From contig NC_086101.1 of the NCBI RefSeq assembly GCF_963921235.1, positions 5,210,001-5,274,000 of the forward strand: 64,000 nt of DNA. The letters are read 5' to 3'. This stretch comes from Mobula hypostoma (Eukaryota). A model generated the notes under the pieces. The model did not search any database. It worked only from the letters and a program-made list of their open reading frames with translations, and was not told the origin of the DNA. Every line of letters begins with the position of its first letter. Position 1 is the first letter of the stretch. Made by a program: the position numbers and the translations under genes. This document shows, one piece after another, positions 25,231 to 38,544 of this stretch.

Positions 25231-28200
25231 GAACCCCTCCCTCTCACATCGCCCTTCATTTTGTTCAACCACATGTCCATGGATTTATTGAGTATACCCA
25301 CAAGAAAGTGAATCTCAGGGTTGTGTATGGTGACATGGAATTTATTGCCACAGGCAGCAGTGGAGGCCAAGTCATTGGGTGTATTTAAGGCAGAGATTGA
25401 TAGGTATCTGAGTAGCCAGGGCATCAAAGGTTATGGTGAGAAGGCGGGGGAGTGGGACTAAATGGAAGAATGGATCAGCTCATGATAAAATGGTGGAGCA
25501 GACTTGATGGGCCGAATGGCCGACTTCTGCTCCTTTGTCTTATGGTCTTATGGACATTTTGTACTTTGACCCACCTCCATCCCCAGCAGAGCGTTGCACA
25601 AGCTCACCATTCTCTGTGTAAAACCCTACCTCTGACACCCCCTATAATTTTGTACAATCACATGAAAATTAAGCCCCCCAAAATTAAACCATTTTCACCC
25701 TGGGAAAACGTCTCTGGTGGAGTAACAGGCCCTTCAGGTCCAACAAGCTTGTGCTGCTCAATCTCACTAATTAACTTATTAACCGGCACATTTCTGGAAT
25801 GTTTGAGGGAGCTGAAGCACCCAGCTAAAACCCGCGTGCTCTCAGGGAGAATGCTGACGGACAGCGGCAAATGGAGCCCGGGTAGGCTGCCGTGCTGCTC
25901 ACTTACCCAGGGGGAGAAACTGATATTATTACGATATCAGAGAGGGTGCCAGGATGCTGCCTGGATTAGAGAGCACGTTTTATCGGGCAAGGTTGGGCAA
26001 ACTAGGCCTTTTCTCTTTCAAGCTGAGGAGGATAAGAGGTGATTTAATGGAGGTATACAAGATGATAAGAGGCAGAGATCAAGTGGACAGCCATAAACTT
26101 TTTCCCAAGGTGGAAATGGCAAATACGAGGGAGCATAATTTTAAGATGGTTGGAGGCAGGTATGGGGGGAGAGGTGGGTGGGCTCAGAGGTAGTTCCTTT
26201 GCGCAGAGAGTGGTGGATGTGTGGGGCACCCTGTCAGGGGTGGTGGTAGAGATAGGTATATGGGTTGTAGAAAAATGGAACTCTATGTGGTTAGGAAGGG
26301 TTAGATAGATCTTGGCTTGGGTTAAGGGATCAGCACAACACTGTGGGCCAAATGGCCTGTATGATTGGCCCACACCTAAACAGCCACCACGTTGTCATTA
26401 TCAGTTCTGGGACCTTGCTGAGCTCTTTCAATGTCCTTCTGCAAAACAGTGACAAGAAATGCCTCCTGAACTGTGAAGTGTTTTGGGACATCCCGGCAAT
26501 GTGAGGCGTGACTGTTTACTGGGCTGCCCCTGCCACCGCACCAGTCTAATTGCAGCCCGCTTGTTTGTGAGCACCTTTCTAAATCCTGGTGCTGTCTGCT
26601 GCCTGGCTCCCGGCTCCCACTGACTTCACCCCGCCCCTCCCCAGCTCCGCATCCCTGAACTGCCAGCTCCATCTCGGGAGGATTCAGAGTTAGTGCTTAC
26701 CTGGGTGAGGACGGGGTGGGCTGCAGCTGCCACGATTATGCAACCTCGTGGGCCCGATTCTGTTCTCCGGTACCTGTAGGCTGCAATTAGGCAGGCTTAG
26801 TGTGAACTGTTATTCAGTGTGGGCAGGTTGTCACTGCAGGCAGTTCTCAGTGAGTTCTGAAAGCAGGCTACCTCACCGCTGTTTACAGCCTAGTCACTTG
26901 ATACGCTCTCTTCCTGCTCTCGTAGCACAGAGGCAGCAAGCTAGCTCGAATGGTCTACGCTGCCTGCCCACCTCCCTGTTGTACACCCCGTCAGAAGCAG
27001 GAACAGGTTCGGGTGGGGGTGGAAGGGTTAATGTACAAGGAGTGGCAGAAGGCGATGCTCAGACTGTACTCGGAGTGTTGTGAGCAGTTCTGGGCCTCTC
27101 AATTAAGAAAGGATGTGCAGGCATCGCAGAGGGTGTGGACGGGGTTCGCGAGAGTGATCCCAGGAATGTAAGAATTGGCATATGAGAGCGTTTGATGGCT
27201 GGCTCTAAGTCTGTAATCATTGGAGTTTAGATGAATGAGGAGTGTCTCCTTAAAACCTATAGGTTGAAAGGCCTAGACAGAGTGGATGTAGAGAGTGGGG
27301 GAGTCTAGGACCAGAGGGCACAACCTTAGAATAAAGGAACAGAGATGAGGTGGAATTCTTTAGCCAGAGGGTGGTGAATCTGTGGAATTCATCGCGACAG
27401 ATGGCTGTGGAGGCCCAATCATTAGCTCCATTTAAAGCGGAGGTTAGCAAGGGCATCATAACAAGTTTCCTTTGACTTTGACTTCACCATTGATGGTCCG
27501 GGTTCTGGTCTTGACCAGGAGGAGAAGATCTTCACCATGGGAGTTGCAGCGGAGATTAATAGTTCGGTTAAGAAGGTGTATGGTGAGTTGGCCTTCATTA
27601 GCCGAGGAATTGAGTTGAAGAGCCATGAAGTAATGTTGCAGCTTTATAAAACCCTGGTTAGACAACACTTTCAATATTGTGTTCAGTTCTGGTCACCTCA
27701 TTACAGGAATGATGTGGAAGCTTCAAACAGGCTGCAGAGGAGATTTACCAGGATGCTGCCTGGTTTAGAGAGCAAGTTAGAGCTTTTCTCTTGAGGATGA
27801 AAGGTGAGGACGAGAGGTCCTCATCCACATCCACCTGGTTCTGGACCCTTTATTCTCCATCTCCCTCACTTTAAATGATGTCATTGAGTTGTAGACCACT
27901 ATAGGTCAGAAACAGGCCCTTTGGCCCATCTAGTCCATGCCAAACTGTTATTCTGCCTAGTCCCTTCATTCTGGACCCCTCCCATTCACGTACCTATCCA
28001 AACTTCTCTTAAACATTGCAATCAAACCAGCATCTATCACCTCCACTGGCAGCTCTTTCCACTCTCACCACCCTCTGAGTGAAGAAGATCCTCATGTTCC
28101 CCTTAAACATTTCAATCTTCACCCTGAACCCATAACATTTACCCATCACCTTTCAGCTCCTATTCCCTCCCATCATCCCCCCTTCTTATTCTGGCTTCTT

Positions 28201-28356
28201 CACCCTTTACTCCAGTCCCGATGAATGGTGTCGTCCCAAAATGTCGACTGGAAATTTCCATAGATACTGCCTGACCTGCTGAGATTCTCCAGCATCTTTT
28301 CATCATCACTGGGGACGGGAGAGGTTCCGGAGGATTGGAGGGTTGCAGATGTTATA

Positions 28357-29260
28357 GACAATAAGTGCAGGAGTACGCCATTCAGCCATTCGAGCCAGCA
28401 TGACTGATCATCCACAATCAGTATCCAGTTCCTGCCTTATCCCCATAACCTTTGATTCCGCTATCTTTAAGAGCTCTATCCATCTCTTTCTTGAAAGCAT
28501 CCAGAGACTTGGCCTCCACAGCCTTCTGGGGCAGAGCATTCCATATATCCACCACTCTCTGGGTGAAAATGTTTTTCCTCAACTCCGTTCTAAATGGCCT
28601 ACCCCTAATTCTTAAACTGTGGCCTCTGGTTCTGGACTCACCCATCAGCGGGAACATGCTTCCTGCCTCCAGCGTGTCCAATCCCTTAATAATCTTATAT
28701 GTTTCAATAAGATCCCCTCTCACCCTTCTAAATTCCAAAGTATACAAGCCCAATTGCTCCAATCTTTTGACATATGACAGTCCCGCCATCCCGGGAATTA
28801 ACCTTGTGAACTTACGCTGCACTCCCTCAATAGCAAGAATGTCCTTCCTCAAATTTGGAGACCAAAACTGCACACAGTACTCCAGGTGTGGTCTCAGCAG
28901 GGCCCTGTACAGCTGCAGAAGGACCTCTTTGCTCTTATACTCAATTCCCCTTGTTGTGAAGGCCAGCATGCCATTAGCTTTCTTCACTGCCTGCTGTACT
29001 TGCATGCTTGCTTTCAGTGACTGATGTACAAGAACACCTAGATCTCGTTGTACTTCCCCTTTTCCTAACTTGACTCCATTTAGATAATAATCTGCCTTCC
29101 CGTTCTTACGACCAAAGTGGATAACCTCACATTTATCCACATTAAACTGCATCTGCCCACTCACCCAGCCTGTCCAAGTCACCCTGCATTCTCATAACGT
29201 CCTCCTCACATTTCACACTGACACCCAGCTTTGTGTCATCGGCAAATTTGCTAATGTTCT
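28357..29260 (-). mobile_element. Relatively young CR1 3' fragment with uninterrupted 254-aa ORF2 C-terminus
   Basis: QMQFNVDKCEVIHFG...RPHLEYCVQFWSP...RVRGDLIETYKI...FTQRVVDIWNALP. Confidence 0.93.
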
Positions 29261-29261
29261 T

Positions 29262-30675
29262 TCTTTATTCAAGAAAGAGAGTAGAGATAGCCCAGGAAAT
29301 TATAGACTACTGAGTCTTACTTCAGTGGTTGGTAAGTTGATGGCGAAGATCCTGAGAGGCAGGATTTATGAATATTTGGAGAGGTATAATATGATTAAGA
29401 ATAGTCAGCATGGCTTTGTCAAGGGCAGGTCATGTCTTACGAGCCTGACTGAATTTTTTGAGGATGTGACTAAACACATTGCTGAAGGAAGAGCAGTAGA
29501 TGTAGTGTAAATGGATTTCAGCAAGGCATTTGGTAAGGTACCCCATGCAAGGCTTATTGAGAAAGTAAGGAGGCATGGGATCCAAGGGGACATTGCTTTG
29601 TGGATCCAGAACTGGTTTGCCCACAGAAGGCAAAGAGTGGTTGTAGACGGGTCATATTCTGCATGGAGGTCAGTGACCAGTGGTGTGCCTCAGGGATCTA
29701 TTCTGGGACCCCTACTCTTCATGATTTTTATAAATGACCTGGATGAGGAAGTGGAGGGATGAGTTAGTAAGTTTTCTGAGGACACAAAGGTTGGAGGTGT
29801 TGTGGATAGTGTGGAGGGCTGTCAGAGGTTACAGCGGGACATTGATAGGATGTAAAACTGGGCTGAGAAGTGGCAGATAGAGTTCATCCCAGATCAGTGT
29901 GAAGTGGTTCATTTTGGTAGGTCAAATAAGATGGCAGAATATAGTACTAATAGTAAGACTCTTGGCCGTGTGGAGGATCAGAGGGATCTTGGGGTCCGAG
30001 TCCATAGGACACTCAAAGCAGCTGCACAGGTTGACTCTGTGGTTAAAAAGGCATACGGTGTATTGGCCTTCATCAATTGTGGAATTGAATTTAGGAGCCG
30101 GGAGGTAATGTTGCAGCTACATAGGACCCTGGTCAGACCCCACTTGGAGTACTGTGCTCAGTTCTGGTTGCCTCACTACAGGAAGGATGTGGAAACCATA
30201 GAAAGGGTGCAGAGGAGACTTACAAGGATGTTGCCTGGATTGGGGAGCATACCTTTTGAGAATAGGTTGAGAGAACTCGGCCTTTTCTCCTTGGAGCGAC
30301 CGAGGATGAGAGGTGACCTGATAGAGGTGTATAAGATGATGACAGGCATTGATCATGTGGATAGTCAGAGGCTTTTACCCAGGGCTGAAATGGTTGCCAC
30401 AAGAGGACACAGGTTTAAGGTGCTGGGGTACAGAGGAGATGTCAGGGGTTAGTTTTTTACTCAGAGAGTGGTGAGTGTGTGGAGTGGGCTGCTGGAAACA
30501 GTGGTGGAGGTGGATATGATAGGGTCTTTTAAGAGACTTTTAGATAGGTACATGGAGCTTAGAAAGATAGAGGGCTATAGATAAGCCTAGTAATTTCTAA
30601 GGTAGGGACATGTTCTGCACAACTTTGTGGGCCAAAGGGCCTGTATTGTGCTGTAAGTTTAGTATGTTTCTATGT
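29262..30675 (+). mobile_element. CR1 LINE RT/3' fragment
   Basis: [34 protein letters not shown]; in-frame stops; tail tatgtttctatg. Confidence 0.93.
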
Positions 30676-33479
30676 TTTGTGTGCGTAACCATGATCTCTA
30701 GTTCAACTCTCACCTGACTTCAGTGGAAAAAGCCTGCTTGCATGTACCCTATCTATACCCTTCATAATTTTGTACACCTCCATCAAATCTTCCCTCAAAC
30801 TCCTAAACTCCAGGGAATAAAGTCCTAACATCAGCAATACACAGAAAACGCTGGCGGAACTCAGCAGGTCAGGCAGAAAGAGTAAACAGTTTCCACGGAT
30901 GCTGCCTGAGAAGGTGGGGGGCGGGGGGGGGGGGAAGATGCAGAATAAAAAAATCGGAGGGGGGGAGGGGAAGGAGGCTAGCTGGAAGGTGATAGGTGCA
31001 GCCAGGTGGGTGGGAAAGGTCAAGGGCTGGAGAAGAAATAACCTGATAGGAGAGGAGAGTGGACCACAGGAGAAAGGGAACGAGGAGGGGACCCTCCTCA
31101 TAATAGACAGATGAGAAGGTCAGAGTGGGGAATAGAGGAAGGTGGGTGGAAGTTTGTTCACCAGAAGAAGTAAATGATGTTCATGCCCTAAGGCTGGTGG
31201 GTATCCAGATGGAATATAAAATGTTACTCATCCACCCTGAGGGTGACCTCATCTTGACACAAGAGAAAGCCTTGGACTGACACGTCGGAATGGGAATGGG
31301 AATTAAAAGGTTTCCCACTGGGAAGCCCCATTTGTGGTGGATGGTGTGGAGGTGCTCGACAAAGCAGCCCCATCCCAATGTACGATGGGTAACCTATTCA
31401 ATCTTTTCCTATAACTCAGGTCATCAATTCCCGCAGCATTCCTGTAAATTTTCTCAGCACTCTTTCAGTCTTATTGATAACTTTGATGTAGGCGGATGAC
31501 CAGAAACGACTCACTCCTTTATATGAGATCCCCGTGCTTCCACTTTCCAAAGACATGTGAGTTCGGGTTAGTAGGTTGTGGGCATATTATGCTGGTACCA
31601 GCATATCGTCACTCTGTGTTGGTCGTTGATGCCAACTGTGCCCTTCGCCATAGGTTTTAATGGCTTGCTGTACATTTATTTTTCACTAATTTAGAGATAA
31701 GTTCTGGCCCAACGAGCTGCTCCACCCAGGAAGCCACTTATTTAACCCTAGCCTAACGAATTTACAAAGAGCAATTTAGCTACTAACTGGTTATGTTTGG
31801 AATGTGGGAGGAGCTGGGGCATCCGGAAGAAAACGCATGTGCAGACGGGAAGGACGTACTAGCTGGAGAGGTACATGGAGCTTAGGGAAATGGAGGCGTA
31901 TGGGTAACCTGGGGTAATTTCTATAGTCGGGACATGTTCAGCACAGCTTTGTGGGCTGAAGGGCCTGTATTGTGCTGTAGGCTTTCTTGGTTTCTATATT
32001 TCTAATGAGGACACTGAAGTCATACTCCAAACTCCGACACTGCAGACTATAAAAGTGTCGCACTAACTGCTTTGCTACTGTGGCACCCTACATGTGACTG
32101 ATAAAGCTAAACTTTATTCTGGTTCTGATATCAATGGACAGAAGGACAAGTTAATTCCGAGAGGCCACCTTCTGAAAGTTCAAAGTTAATTTGTTATCAA
32201 AGTACGTATATGTCGACATACACAGCCCGTCCTGGTTTGGCGGGGCCATCAGACAGGATCAGAAAAGATTTCACAGCATTGTAATCTCAGCCAGCCCCAT
32301 CATGGGCACTAGGTTCCCCGGCATCAAGGACACCTTCAAAGGTGATGGCTCAAGAAGGTGACACCTGTCATTAAGGAATCCCATCACCCAGACATGCGCT
32401 CTTAATGCTGGCCTCAAGGAGGAGGTGCAGGGCCATGAAGACAGACTCAACGTTACAGGAGCAGTTTCTTCCCCTCCGCCATCACATTCCTGAATTTTTG
32501 TACTACTGATTTAATTTAATTTCTCCTTTATATATACTGTGATGAATAGTTTTATTATTTACTGTAATGTCCCGCTGCCACGTATTTCACCACATATGCC
32601 ACTGATCCTGACTCTGGGATCCAGTTTCTTGCGGGCATTCTCAGTAAACACAAAGAAGCACAATAGAATCAGTGAGAACTACACACAACCAGACAAACAA
32701 CCACTTTGCCAGAGACAACAATGTGCAAATGCAAAAAGAAGACATAATAATAATAAATAGATAAGCAATAAATATCGAGAACATGAGATGGAGAGTCCCT
32801 GAAAATGAGGCCGCAGGTTGTGGGACCAGTTCAGTGATGGGGCGAGTGAAGTTATCCCCTCACTGAAGAACCTGCTGGTTGAGGGGTAATAACTGTTCCT
32901 GAACCTGGTGGGTCCTGAGGCTCCTGTACCTCCTGCCCAATGGTAACAGCAGTGAGACGAGAGCGTGTCCTGGGTGGTGGTTCCTGCTGGTTGAGGGGTA
33001 ATAACTGTTCCTGACCCTGGTGGTGTGGGTCCTGAGGCTCCTGTACCTCCTGCCTGCTGGTTGAGGGGTAATAACTGTTCCTGACCCTGGTGGTGTGAGT
33101 CCTGGGGCAGTTGGTGATGACAGCAGTTGGTTTTTAGCGTGTCGCACCAGTCAGCCATTCTTGTCTGGCGCGTGGTGTCAGGGTTGGTCTCCTTTCGGGT
33201 TAACCGGGTCACGATATGAACGTTCCTGACTCGACCCTTGTATTTTTTATGAGGCCGAGTGGCTAGCTTGACGCTCAACCCGGCACGGATGGAAAGCGTG
33301 CTTGGGGGGGAAGGGGGGTGGCCCGGCTTGGATTTGAACTCGGGGGCCTTCGCTCCGGAGTCCGGCACTGATGCCATTGCACCACCAGCCGTGAGAAGGG
33401 AGCGTGGCCTGGATGGTGGGGGTTGCTGATGATGGACGCTGCTGTCTTGCTCAATGGTGAGGAGGGCTTTATCCATCCC

Positions 33480-33998
33480 TCACAACACGCTGGAGGAACT
33501 CAGCAGGTCGGGCAGCATCCATGGAAACGATCAGTCAACGTTTCGGGCCGCAACCCTTCGTCAGGACTGTAGGGGGAAGGGGCAGAGGCCCTATAAAGAA
33601 GGTGGGGGGAGAGTGGGAAGGAGAAGGCTGGTAGGTTCCAGGTGAAAAACCAGTAAGGGGAAAGATAAAGGGGTAGGGGAGGGCAAGCAGGGAGGGGATA
33701 GGCAGGAAAGGTGAAGAAGGAATAGGGGAAAACACAATGGGTAGTAGAAGGAGGTGGAACCATGAGGGAGGTGATAGGCAGCTGGGGGAGGGGGCAGAGT
33801 GAAATAAGGGTAGGGGAAGGGAGGGGGAGGGAATTACCGGAAGTTGGAGAATTCTATGTTCATACCAAGGGGCTGGAGACTACCCAGACGGTATATGAGG
33901 TGTTGCTCCTCCAACCTGAGTTCAGCCTCATCATGGCAGTAGAGGAGGCCATGTATGGACATATCTGAGTGGGAGTGGGAAGCAGAGTTGAAGTGGTC
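33480..33998 (-). mobile_element. Penelope-like element 3' end/pLTR
   Basis: Homologous to 62725-63250; carries a hammerhead core at 33532-33569. Confidence 0.8.
33532..33569 (-). ncRNA. Minimal type-I hammerhead ribozyme motif (Penelope pLTR)
   Basis: Minus strand reads CAGUC-CUGACGA-A-GGGU UGCG GCCC-GAAAC-GUU-GACUG: helix I CAGUC/GACUG, intact CUGANGA and GAAA core, helix II, palindromic minimal helix III. Confidence 0.7.
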
Positions 33999-35467
33999 TG
34001 TTCAAGGGAATTCCATACCAGGTATCTCACAGTATTCAATACCCCCTCTCCACCCACCCCTCCACCCCAATGAGTGTCTCTCTGGTAAAATAAAAGCTTA
34101 TCGACATCGTCATGGGAACGAGTGAGGCATCTGCTAGCATCCTCTCGATGAATTGGCCTCACGTTCAAGGCGGCCTACTCCATGATGTAAAGATAAAGAT
34201 GAGCATTATTTGTGACATATGCACCGAAGCATTGAAACGGACAATGAAATGTGTCGTTTACATCGTGCGCTGGGGGCACAACGCCTCAGCCACCAACTTT
34301 GCCTGCGCACAATTCACTAAACCGAACCCGTACGTCTGGATTGAAGGAGGAAACTGGAGCACCCAGGGGAAACCCATGCCGTCACAGGTCAAAACAACTT
34401 ACAGACAGTGGCAGGAATTGAGCCCCAGATGCAGTCGCTGGCAGTGTGAAGCGTTACGCCAACGACTGCGGCAGCTGACATATGGGGGCATGGGGGGGCG
34501 TGAGGGTGAAATCTCTGAGTGATCGTGACGTTCGAAAACGGTTAAACAGTAGGGCTCTGATTGCTTGCGGTTCGCAGTTCTCCGTCACCCTCCCCCGGCG
34601 AACCAGTCCCACCACCAAGCCCAGCGTGTCCCACGAGGCACAATTACCTGCTAATGTGTCATCCGCCACCGGCTGATCCCGAGGGACCTTCCAGCAACCA
34701 ATAGGCTGCCGGGGCCCTGTAGATGTAAGCAGGTGCGCGGAGGCGTCTGGGCTTCGGGGCACCCTGTGCCAGTTGGGCAGTTGCGTCAGATCCAGAGAGC
34801 GCTGTGCCTCACCCACCAAGGCACAGGGGCAGCCCCCGATCGAAGGCAGGTATGTGAATCCTGGCAGTTTCTTCCTTCTATATTTCTCTTTGCTGTAGTC
34901 TGCGACCACCTGTCCTTTTCTCTTTGGTATTGTACCTCGGTGGGTGTGGGCACACGTCAAACAAGGCCGCTTTTAATTAGTGGTTACCGAGAAGAGATTG
35001 CAGGAAACTTGTTGAATTAATTGCTCAGACAGATGGCTTTTGTCTACTGCTGCCGCTGGTTATATAATCTCAGTATCTCAGTGTGGTTTAAAAATCCTTT
35101 CTACTAAGGTGCTCTGAAATCTGTTAAGCATTTTAAGTTCAATCAGACTGCTCTGCTAGCTTCTTCTGAACATTGCAGGCATGTGTGGACTGACCTCCAG
35201 CACGTAATATTAAACTCCTTATTCCTCTCCATAGATGCTGCCTGACCTGTTGAGTTCCTCTAGCATTGTGCTTAGTTGTTGATGCGGTTGTTTCCCTGTA
35301 TGTTTTGATGAACATGTGATAAGTAAATCTCAGTCGCAATCTGCTGATATCTCTGTTTCTGGATGTGGTCAGAAGTTGCCGGGAGGATCACTGGGATTTC
35401 CCTCCCCTCATCTGTGACATCTACCGGCTGCATTGCAGGCAAAGGGCTCGAAGTATTGTTGAAGATC

Positions 35468-37864
35468 CCCACCACCTGTCCCACAGTCTCTCTGACCCAC
35501 CACCCGTCACACAATCTCTCTGACCCATCACCCATCACACAATCTCTGACCCACCGCCCATCCCACAGTCTCTCTGACCCACCACCCATCCCACAGTCTC
35601 TGTGACCCACCACCCATCACACAATCTCTGACCCACCGCCCATCCCACAGTCTCTCTGACCCACCACCCATCACACAATCTCTCTGACCCATCACCCATC
35701 ACACAATCTCTGACCCACCACCCATCACACAATCTCTGTGACCTATCACTCATCCCACAATCTCTCTGACCCACCACTCATCATACAGTCTCTGTAACCC
35801 ATCACTCATCCCACAATCTCTCTGACCCACCACCCATCACACAGTCTCTCTGACCCACCACCCATCACACAATCTCTGTAACCCATCACTCATCCCACAA
35901 TCTCTCTGACCCACCACCCGTCCCACAGTCTCTCTGACCCACCACCCATCATACAGTCTCTCTGACCCACCACCCATCACACAATCTCTGTGACCTATCA
36001 CTCATCCCACAATCTCTCTGACCCACCACCCGTCCCACAGTCTCTCTGACCCACCACCCATCACACAATCTCTCTGACCCACCACCCATCACACAATCTC
36101 TGTAACCCATCATTCATCCCACAATCTCTCTGACCCACTGCCCGTCCCACAATCTCTCCGACCCATCACTCATCCCACAATCTCTCTAAACATCACCCGT
36201 CCCACAGGCTCTCTGACCCATCACTCATCCCACAATCTCTCTGACCCACCACCCACCCCACAATCTCTGTGACCCACCACCTGTCCCACAATCTCTCTGA
36301 CCCACCACCCGTCCCACAATCTGTGACCCACCACCCGTCCCGAAGTCTCTGTGACGCACCACCCACCCCACAATCTCTGTGACCCACCACCCGTCCCACA
36401 ATCTCTCTGACCCACCACCCGTCCCACAATCTGTGACCCACCACCCGTCCCGAAGTCTCTGTGACGCACCACCCACCCCACAATCTCTGTGACCCACCAC
36501 CCGTCCCACAATCTCTCTGACCCACCACCCATCCCGAAGTCTCTGTGACCCATCACTCATCCCACAATCTCTCTGACCCACCACCCGTCACACAATCTCT
36601 GACCCACCACCCGTCCCACAGTCTCTCTGACCCACCACCCGTCCCACAATCTCTCTGACCCACCACCCGTCCCATAATCTCCCCAACCCACCACCCGTCC
36701 CACAATCTCTCTGACCCACCACCCATCACACAATCTCTGTAACCCATCACTCATCCCACAATCTCTCTGACCCACCACCCGTCCCACAGTCTCTCTGACC
36801 CACCACCCATCATACAGTCTCTCTGACCCACCACCCATCACACAATCTCTGTGACCTATCACTCATCCCACAATCTCTCTGACCCACCACCCGTCCCACA
36901 GTCTCTCTGACCCACCACCCATCACACAATCTCTCTGACCCACCACCCATCACACAATCTCTGTAACCCATCATTCATCCCACAATCTCTCTGACCCACT
37001 GCCCGTCCCACAATCTCTCCGACCCATCACTCATCCCACAATCTCTCTAAACATCACCCGTCCCACAGGCTCTCTGACCCATCACTCATCCCACAATCTC
37101 TCTGACCCACCACCCACCCCACAATCTCTGTGACCCACCACCCGTCCCACAATCTCTCTGACCCACCACCCGTCCCACAATCTGTGACCCACCACCCGTC
37201 CCGAAGTCTCTGTGACGCACCACCCACCCCACAATCTCTGTGACCCACCACCCGTCCCACAATCTCTCTGACCCACCACCCATCCCGAAGTCTCTGTGAC
37301 CCATCACTCATCCCACAATCTCTCTGACCCACCACCCGTCACACAATCTCTGACCCACCACCCGTCCCACAGTCTCTCTGACCCACCACCCGTCCCACAA
37401 TCTCTCTGACCCACCACCCGTCCCATAATCTCCCCGACCCACCACCCGTCCCACAATCTCTCTGACCCACCACCCGTCCCACAGTCTCTCTGACCCACCA
37501 CCCGTCCCACAATCTCTGTGACCCACCACCCGTCCCACAGTCTCTGTGACCCACCACCCGTCCCACAATCTGTGTGACCCACCACCCATCACACAATCTC
37601 TCTGACCCACCACCCGTCCCACAATCTCTGTGACCCACCACCCATCCCACAGTCTCTCTGACCCACCACCCGTCACACAATCTCTCTGACCCATCACCCA
37701 TCCCACAATCTCTGTGACCCACCACCCGTCACACAATCTCTCTGACCCACCACCCATCCCACAATCTCTGTGACCCACCACCCGTCACACAGTCTCTCTG
37801 ACCCATCACTCATCCCACAATCTCTCTAAACACCACCCGTCCCACAGTCTCTCTGACCCATCAC
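35468..37864. repeat. Minisatellite of about 2.4 kb, 28-bp unit ccacaatctctctgacccaccacccgtc (26-bp variants), with higher-order duplication
   Basis: Direct inspection; the rare variant taaacatcacccgtcccacaggc occurs at 36187 and 37048 (861 bp apart). Confidence 0.97.
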
Positions 37865-38544
37865 TGTCAGGAAGGAGGTACAGGAGTATCAGAACCTGGA
37901 CTGTGTGACCGGCTGACAGCTCTTCCCTTAGGCTGTGAGACTGATGAATGCCCTGTCACCACCAAGGTCTCGTCACTGGGACAGCGAGCTGTTTACTGTG
38001 CTGTTTACTTATTTGTGTTCGTGTTTCGTTTTCTGCGCAGTGTGTTTTATTGGTGCACCATGGTCTGGAGAAACGTTGTTTTGTTTGGTTGTATACATGG
38101 ACAGTCAGATGCCAATAAACTTGAACTTGATTCTCCTGCCATATACAATCCCACAATTTCAGTTGTGGAATTGACAGTTTTCTTTAAAAGCACGTAAAGT
38201 CCGTTGCATGCCGTACTGTTGGTGGGCTGATGATTTGTTAGTGTCTCTTTGCAACTGCAAACCAGGCAATAGGCTTTGTGTGGGTTTCCCCTCCTCCTGT
38301 TGCGGAGGAAGGGCCCTCGTAGCCAATCTCAGCCTCCTGATGTCACAGCTTGCTCCACCAATCAGGTAAAGCCGCTTAACCAATAGAAACGTTGTACTGG
38401 CCAGCGGCAGTCTCCAGGCTCGGGAGCTGATGGTTCTCAGAGTCAGAATCACGCTTACTATCACTGGCATACCGTGTGACTTTTGTTTTACGGCTGTGAT
38501 ACATAATAATGTATATCACATAATATACACTACAAAAAGCAATA

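Noticed and set aside
28418..29182. 254-aa open frame as a possible host or domesticated gene
   Set aside because: It is the C-terminus of CR1 ORF2 in a 5'-truncated copy with its 3' tail; openness is explained by young age.
32679..33476. 265-aa ORF
   Set aside because: It runs across a patchwork of Rex-derived duplicated fragments and a SINE-like insert, with no recognisable domain.
35272..37781. Many repetitive ORFs (MVGQRDCG..., WDGWWV...) and a superficial CRISPR-like periodicity
   Set aside because: Translations of a head-to-tail minisatellite; no unique spacers, no cas genes, eukaryotic context.
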